DNA from: a virus
Lineage: Duplodnaviria; Caudoviricetes
IMG/VR virus record: IMGVR_UViG_3300018077_000001
Span: 1 to 56,530 of that record
Direction: 5' to 3' (one strand)
DNA: 56,530 nt
The notes beneath the pieces are model-generated. The model ran no database searches, had not been told where the DNA came from, and saw only the letters and a list, made by a program, of their open reading frames with translations. This document shows, in pieces, positions 52,476 through 56,530 of the stretch; positions within the stretch are counted from its first letter, which is position 1, and the number at the start of each line of letters is the position of its first letter. A program made the translations under genes and the position numbers.

Positions 52476-53377
52476 CGTCCGCTCCTTGGCGACACTCCGC
52501 CACTCCACTTGATCCGTCTTCCCTCCACCAACTCCTTGTACAGCCGAGCGATTACGCTTGCCTCCCTCTTGAAACCCTCCTTCCGCAACTTCGCCATGTA
52601 CAGCTCGATCGCTTCTCCGGTCGTCATGTCGTTGCGAACCTCCGGAGCTGGCAGATCCTCAGCTACCGGAAACGACAGCTTCCTTTTCGGTCCATCCTTG
52701 ACAGGCACCTGCTCGACCCACAGTGAGGTCAAGTCCCACATCGACGACTGTTTCTGCTCGGCCAACAGGTCAGCCACATAGCGCCGAAACTCGCTCAGCC
52801 TCACTCCCTTCCCCGTCGTCAGCAGCCGGACCGCGTATAGCTGGCGATTCACATCGAGATCCGTCATGGCCTCAGCATGGCCCAACGGAATGTTGCCGGA
52901 CGCCAGCAGCCGGGCCACCTCGGGAATCAGGCTGGTCAGGCTCAGCCGCTTACGCACCGTCAGCGAACTTACGCCGGCTACCTGTGCCACGCGCTGCTCA
53001 TCCCAGCCGAACCTCTCCATCCGGACCTGAAACGCTTTGGCCTGCTCGATCGGATTCAGATCCCTGCGGGCCGCGTTCTCCAGCAGCATCACCGCCGCCG
53101 CCTCTTCGTCGTTGAGGCTCCGCACAATACTGCCGATAGTCTTCCACTTCAACAGACTCACCGCTCGAAATCGTCGCTCGCCGGCGACGATCTCGTAGCG
53201 ACCCGGCTGGCCGGACAGAATCGACCACGATCCATCAACCTTCGGACGGACGATGATCGGGTTCTGCAGACCCGCCTCACCAATGCTTTCGGCCAGCGCC
53301 TCGATTCCCTCAAACTGGCCGCGATCATTCACGCCCGCGTCGATCAGGCGAACGTTGATCTCCTCTGTTTTCTCCAT
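52472..53377 (-). CDS. ParB/RepB/Spo0J-family protein
   Basis: LAESIGEAGLQNPIIVR, IVAGERRFRA, ENAARRDLNPIEQA; HTH. Confidence 0.93.
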   Translation of the reverse strand: MEKTEEINVRLIDAGVNDRGQFEGIEALAESIGEAGLQNPIIVRPKVDGSWSILSGQPGRYEIVAGERRFRAVSLLKWKTIGSIVRSLNDEEAAAVMLLENAARRDLNPIEQAKAFQVRMERFGWDEQRVAQVAGVSSLTVRKRLSLTSLIPEVARLLASGNIPLGHAEAMTDLDVNRQLYAVRLLTTGKGVRLSEFRRYVADLLAEQKQSSMWDLTSLWVEQVPVKDGPKRKLSFPVAEDLPAPEVRNDMTTGEAIELYMAKLRKEGFKREASVIARLYKELVEGRRIKWSGGVSPRSGR

Positions 53378-53670
53378 CTCGCCTCCGGGTCTTTCAATTC
53401 CCCTGTTTTCAGGAAGTGCAAGGCCGCCTCGTCCGCATCCTCGACGAACACGATCTCACTGAACATTCCGACGACCTTCCGCCTCCGAGCCGCACTCAGC
53501 CGGAAAAACAGCGCCCCATCCTCCGGACGCCGATACTGCTCGATCGTCACCGACCGGCCGTTCTTCGGCCAGAACTTCGACACCATCGTGTCGCTCAACG
53601 CCTCGTACTGGTAAGGCGACTTTGCCAACTGGCCCAACGTCACCACCCGATCAGTCTCCTCGCTGTTCAA
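53344..53670 (-). CDS. Hypothetical protein
   Basis: Fills the operon gap. Confidence 0.5.
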   Translation of the reverse strand: MNSEETDRVVTLGQLAKSPYQYEALSDTMVSKFWPKNGRSVTIEQYRRPEDGALFFRLSAARRRKVVGMFSEIVFVEDADEAALHFLKTGELKDPEARWRKQRRSTFA

Positions 53671-53971
53671 GCGTCACCCCGTAGCAAATCGCTCTTAGTA
53701 ACAGATCCGAGTCGGGCACTCGCTGCCAATCCAGCACCAGCTCGCCCACCGCATCGGTCACTTTGCCAGTCCTCGGAAATGACGGGTCGACCGCGATCAC
53801 CGCCTGCCACAACGTCACCATCGGACTCCACGACAGCAGAATTCCCTGAGCTTCGTCCCAATGCTCCTCGCACGGGCATTCGACGACCGCCCGCAAGCGG
53901 AACCTCAGCGGCTCAGTCAACGGGCCGAGGCCATTCTTGGCGATCGACAGCATCAGGTCCAGCTCATCCAT
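53651..53971 (-). CDS. Hypothetical protein
   Basis: TLWQAVIAVDPSFP..G...W..VPD. Confidence 0.75.
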   Translation of the reverse strand: MDELDLMLSIAKNGLGPLTEPLRFRLRAVVECPCEEHWDEAQGILLSWSPMVTLWQAVIAVDPSFPRTGKVTDAVGELVLDWQRVPDSDLLLRAICYGVTLEQRGD

Positions 53972-54198
53972 CAGTCCACCAGCTCTGCCTTCTCCGCCGT
54001 GATCGCGTCGAGGTTCACACAGAAATGAATCGACAAACCCTCCATGATCGGAACGGCCACCACACCACTTTCCAGCGACAGAGCCATCTGCAACTTCAAC
54101 GCTGCTGACTTCGGGTCTTTCTGCGTCACGTAAGCGACGTACCCCGACTCTCCTTCGTTGCTGTTACCCATGTCGAACCGATACTCAGGCATCATCAT
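53971..54198 (-). CDS. Hypothetical protein
   Basis: GGAGG RBS; EYRFDMGNSNEG..G. Confidence 0.6.
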   Translation of the reverse strand: MMMPEYRFDMGNSNEGESGYVAYVTQKDPKSAALKLQMALSLESGVVAVPIMEGLSIHFCVNLDAITAEKAELVD

Positions 54199-54422
54199 CC
54201 TCCCACTTTGACCCACAGATTCCCACCCTCGGTCTTGGCATACTTCTGACCCTTGCCGAGGCCCAATCCAACGCCGTGCATCAGGTGATCGGGCAGGCAC
54301 ATGATCCCCCACGGCCCGCTTGTCGTGCGACCATCCACGAACACCGTCGTGATCTCCTGATGGCAGAAATCGCACATTGGGGGCAAGCTCCCTTGCCAAT
54401 ACGTTTGCTTCGGCATTCCCAT
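54195..54422 (-). CDS. Small Zn-binding phage protein
   Basis: CDFC...DGRT..GPW..MC..H...G.GLG.GKGQKY. Confidence 0.8.
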   Translation of the reverse strand: MGMPKQTYWQGSLPPMCDFCHQEITTVFVDGRTTSGPWGIMCLPDHLMHGVGLGLGKGQKYAKTEGGNLWVKVGG

Positions 54423-54477
54423 CTCCTTTCATCCCAAGAGAATTGGAATTCAGACGAACCGATTTGTCAATGAGTAT
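54421..54477 (-). promoter_or_regulatory. Repeat-family promoter (degenerate -10)
   Basis: ATACTCA-TTGACA(54465-54470)-17 nt-TCCAAT; GGATGAAAGGAGAT leader. Confidence 0.65.
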
Positions 54478-54484
54478 CGACGGC

Positions 54485-55060
54485 CTATTGTGTGACCACC
54501 TCCAGATCTTCCTGCGTTCGGCGCTGGAGCTTGAACCGGTGATAGGGACCTTGACTGAAGATCCGCCGCTTCGCGTCCACCACCTCGAACGGCTCATTCG
54601 CCCTGATAGTCCTGAGGTCATACGGAACCTTGACCATCATTCCGTTCCTGAGCTTCGGTCGGCTCCGCCTACGCTGGTGGCCCGCTTCCACCCGAGCGCG
54701 CCAGTCCTTCGCCCACTTAGGACCCGCGTCGGCCTCGAAATCCGCACCCGGGAACACGTCTTCCAGCGGCGACAACAACTTGAAGATCCGCTCCGGGCAA
54801 TCCGAAATGCCCGGCCCCATCGACTCGTCCATATCCTTGTAACCGAAATTGTACGGATCGTTCGGACGCCACTGTGTCATGCAGGCAATCGCGATGACCT
54901 CGCCCCGCGGCAATTTCATCGCCACATACACGGCACTGCGATCGACGCTGCCCGAGGCCACGTCCAGAACCACAAACCCTTTCTCCGGCCGGCCGAACTC
55001 CTCACTGAAAAACGCCTTGTGCGTGATGCCCTTACTGCGCTGCTGAAACATCCAACCCAT
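54485..55060 (-). CDS. DUF6927-like protein
   Basis: MGW...FGYKDMDESMGP..SDCP.RI..LL...WR. Confidence 0.8.
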   Translation of the reverse strand: MGWMFQQRSKGITHKAFFSEEFGRPEKGFVVLDVASGSVDRSAVYVAMKLPRGEVIAIACMTQWRPNDPYNFGYKDMDESMGPGISDCPERIFKLLSPLEDVFPGADFEADAGPKWAKDWRARVEAGHQRRRSRPKLRNGMMVKVPYDLRTIRANEPFEVVDAKRRIFSQGPYHRFKLQRRTQEDLEVVTQ

Positions 55061-55331
55061 CTCGCCCTCCCTTCCATCTAGCCGCTCGCAGGCGGCGCAG
55101 GACCACCACATCCTCGACCGCTAATCCGATGCCGGCGAACCGGAGGTTTCCCGCTTGCAGATCGGCCAGTTCCGCTTCTCTGGCCCGGACGTAATTCGGG
55201 CACTGCTTTTCGTCCTCTTTGCAGTCCAAGCAAATCTCCTCTTGGTTGAACCACGACATCGAGAACGACAACATCGACGTGCCGCACCTCGGACAGTGCT
55301 TCCCTTCAGCTTGAGTCTGGCTCAACATCAC
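55032..55331 (-). CDS. Small Zn-finger protein
   Basis: CPRCG...MSWFN.EEIC.DCK...Y..AREAE...GN..F.GIG. Confidence 0.8.
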   Translation of the reverse strand: MMLSQTQAEGKHCPRCGTSMLSFSMSWFNQEEICLDCKEDEKQCPNYVRAREAELADLQAGNLRFAGIGLAVEDVVVLRRLRAARWKGGRDGLDVSAAQ

Positions 55332-55539
55332 CCTTCGCCTCCGTTCTGATCAACCGAACCACGTACTCCAACACCTCGACAACCTCCGGATGCGGCAGCA
55401 TCCCGACCAGATCGGACAACGTAGCAACCGCCTCGGCCGCGTCATCCTTGATGTTGTCCCAATCCACCACGAACACGGCCGGGTGGCCTTGCGTGACAGT
55501 GCCACCCTCAATCTCGATCACGCTCACTTGCTTATCCAT
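55306..55539 (-). CDS. Hypothetical protein
   Basis: VIEIEGG.V...VVDWDN. Confidence 0.7.
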   Translation of the reverse strand: MDKQVSVIEIEGGTVTQGHPAVFVVDWDNIKDDAAEAVATLSDLVGMLPHPEVVEVLEYVVRLIRTEAKGDVEPDSS

Positions 55540-55540
55540 C

Positions 55541-55990
55541 TCACCGCTCCTTTCCGCGTTTCACGCGCGCCTGTGTGACCGACACCCCGACTTGTGGAAT
55601 TGCCAGCGCCATCCTGATCGTCTCGACCGGGAACTTGAACCGCTTCCCATCCGACGTTCGCTCAGCGACGATCGGGTACTTCGACGCTCCCGGCTTCAAT
55701 CCGACGATCCGATACGTCGCCTGACCGGTCCTGAACTCCTTTGCCAAATCTTCGGCTTTCAACCCAAACATCGGGGCCATCCTCTTCCAGTCTTCGGCCA
55801 TGCGGTCCTGCACCACCCCGTCCCCGCCGATCACCGAGAACTCAAACTTCAGCGTCGCGTGCGACGAACCGTAATTGCCGCCTGCGTAACGCACGCTCAA
55901 TCCCCGCTCGCTGGCAATCGCCTTCGCGACAACTTCCAGATCGTCAGCCAGCCTCTTCACTACTGCTCGGTCCATCTGTTCGATCTTCAC
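55541..55990 (-). CDS. Hypothetical protein
   Basis: YRIVGLKP..SKYPIVA...GKRFKF. Confidence 0.75.
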   Translation of the reverse strand: MKIEQMDRAVVKRLADDLEVVAKAIASERGLSVRYAGGNYGSSHATLKFEFSVIGGDGVVQDRMAEDWKRMAPMFGLKAEDLAKEFRTGQATYRIVGLKPGASKYPIVAERTSDGKRFKFPVETIRMALAIPQVGVSVTQARVKRGKER

Positions 55991-55991
55991 C

Positions 55992-56354
55992 TCAGCCTCC
56001 TTCTCGCTTCAAAGCCACCAGCAGATCCGGGTACTGCTTTTTCAGCAACTGCTCGACCGTGCAGGGATGCCAGTACAGATCGCGCTCCACCCCTGCCATC
56101 CCCATCGGACCGCGCACTTCTTCCAACGCGGACAGCGCGAAGTAGCCAAGCTCCGTCTCGAACCCGGACACTAGACCGAACAGGCGGACGGTCAGCGTCC
56201 CATCGTACAGTTCCACGTCTTCCGCCTCCCACGCCCACCACGTCCAGTTCGAGAACGGGGTGAACCACTTCGCCGGCACGATCGTGTCCAGCTTGCCTTC
56301 GGTCGAACCGATCGGCGGCAACTGCTCTCTCAGCTCCTGCGTCAACATCTTCAT
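55992..56354 (-). CDS. DUF2958-family protein
   Basis: [11 protein letters not shown]...[17 protein letters not shown]...VERDLYW. Confidence 0.88.
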   Translation of the reverse strand: MKMLTQELREQLPPIGSTEGKLDTIVPAKWFTPFSNWTWWAWEAEDVELYDGTLTVRLFGLVSGFETELGYFALSALEEVRGPMGMAGVERDLYWHPCTVEQLLKKQYPDLLVALKREGG

Positions 56355-56530
56355 TGTCCGAACCCCAATCCTTTCGACTTCAAACTCACGTACCTGCCCC
56401 CTCCGATAATCAAGTGATCGAGCACCTCAATATCCAACAAGCGCCCGGCCTCGACCATTGCACGAGTCACAGCTACATCCTCCGGGCTGGGCGACGGATC
56501 TCCGCTCGGATGGTTGTGCATCACGATCAC
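56351..56530 (-). CDS. radC: RadC-family protein, 3' part
   Basis: Reads ...[23 protein letters not shown]; the TGA overlaps the ATG of the next gene (ATGA). Confidence 0.93.
   Translation of the reverse strand: MIVMHNHPSGDPSPSPEDVAVTRAMVEAGRLLDIEVLDHLIIGGGRYVSLKSKGLGFGQ
56408..56530. repeat. Terminal direct repeat, right copy
   Basis: Identical to 1-123. Confidence 0.97.

Noticed and set aside
2648-54477. Repeated ~55-bp sequence as CRISPR repeats or IS ends
   Set aside because: Copies are dispersed, have no spacers, have promoter architecture, and there is no cas or transposase gene.
55557-55570. gtttcacgcg as a canonical parS
   Set aside because: Only a half-site, inside a CDS; I saw no full TGTTTCACGTGAAACA-like palindrome.
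1-56530. tRNA genes, and apparent abundance of GATC/TCGA words
   Set aside because: No cloverleaf or T-loop in an intergenic context was seen by eye. Word bias cannot be judged without codon-controlled counts.

Overview
Complete, circularly assembled ~56.4 kb genome of a long-tailed (siphovirus-type) dsDNA phage. Bases 1-123 repeat exactly at 56408-56530, and a RadC/JAB gene missed by the ORF track runs across the join. Essentially all credible genes are on the minus strand. Late block (40166 to 12236): ParB-N protein plus GREB1/TAGT-like glycosyltransferase, TerS/TerL, portal, Mu-F, ChaB-fused protease/scaffold, encapsulin-like capsid, neck, tail tube, -1 frameshifted chaperones, tape measure, tail tip, a dockerin, lysis genes, and an accessory module containing a 37-aa repeat protein. 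Early blocks carry RecT-like, Rep with iterons, RusA, ASCH, MT-A70, PC4, HNH, two more ParB proteins, a Spo11/JetD-like TOPRIM protein, a stand-alone MgsA C-terminal domain, and an envelope cassette (Tat deacetylase, lipoprotein, membrane dockerin, protease). No integrase, DNA polymerase, helicase, tRNA or CRISPR array was recognised. A Chloroflexota host is suggested by inference only. Best candidates for new biology: (1) a matched pair of dockerins, one tail-linked and one membrane-anchored; (2) a repeated promoter/operator family, four copies of which have a conserved skew-inverted upstream element; (3) a coupled ParB-TOPRIM pair; (4) a DNA-modification-type glycosyltransferase with no recognisable base-hydroxylating partner. 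All family calls come from motif recognition by eye; no database searches were run.
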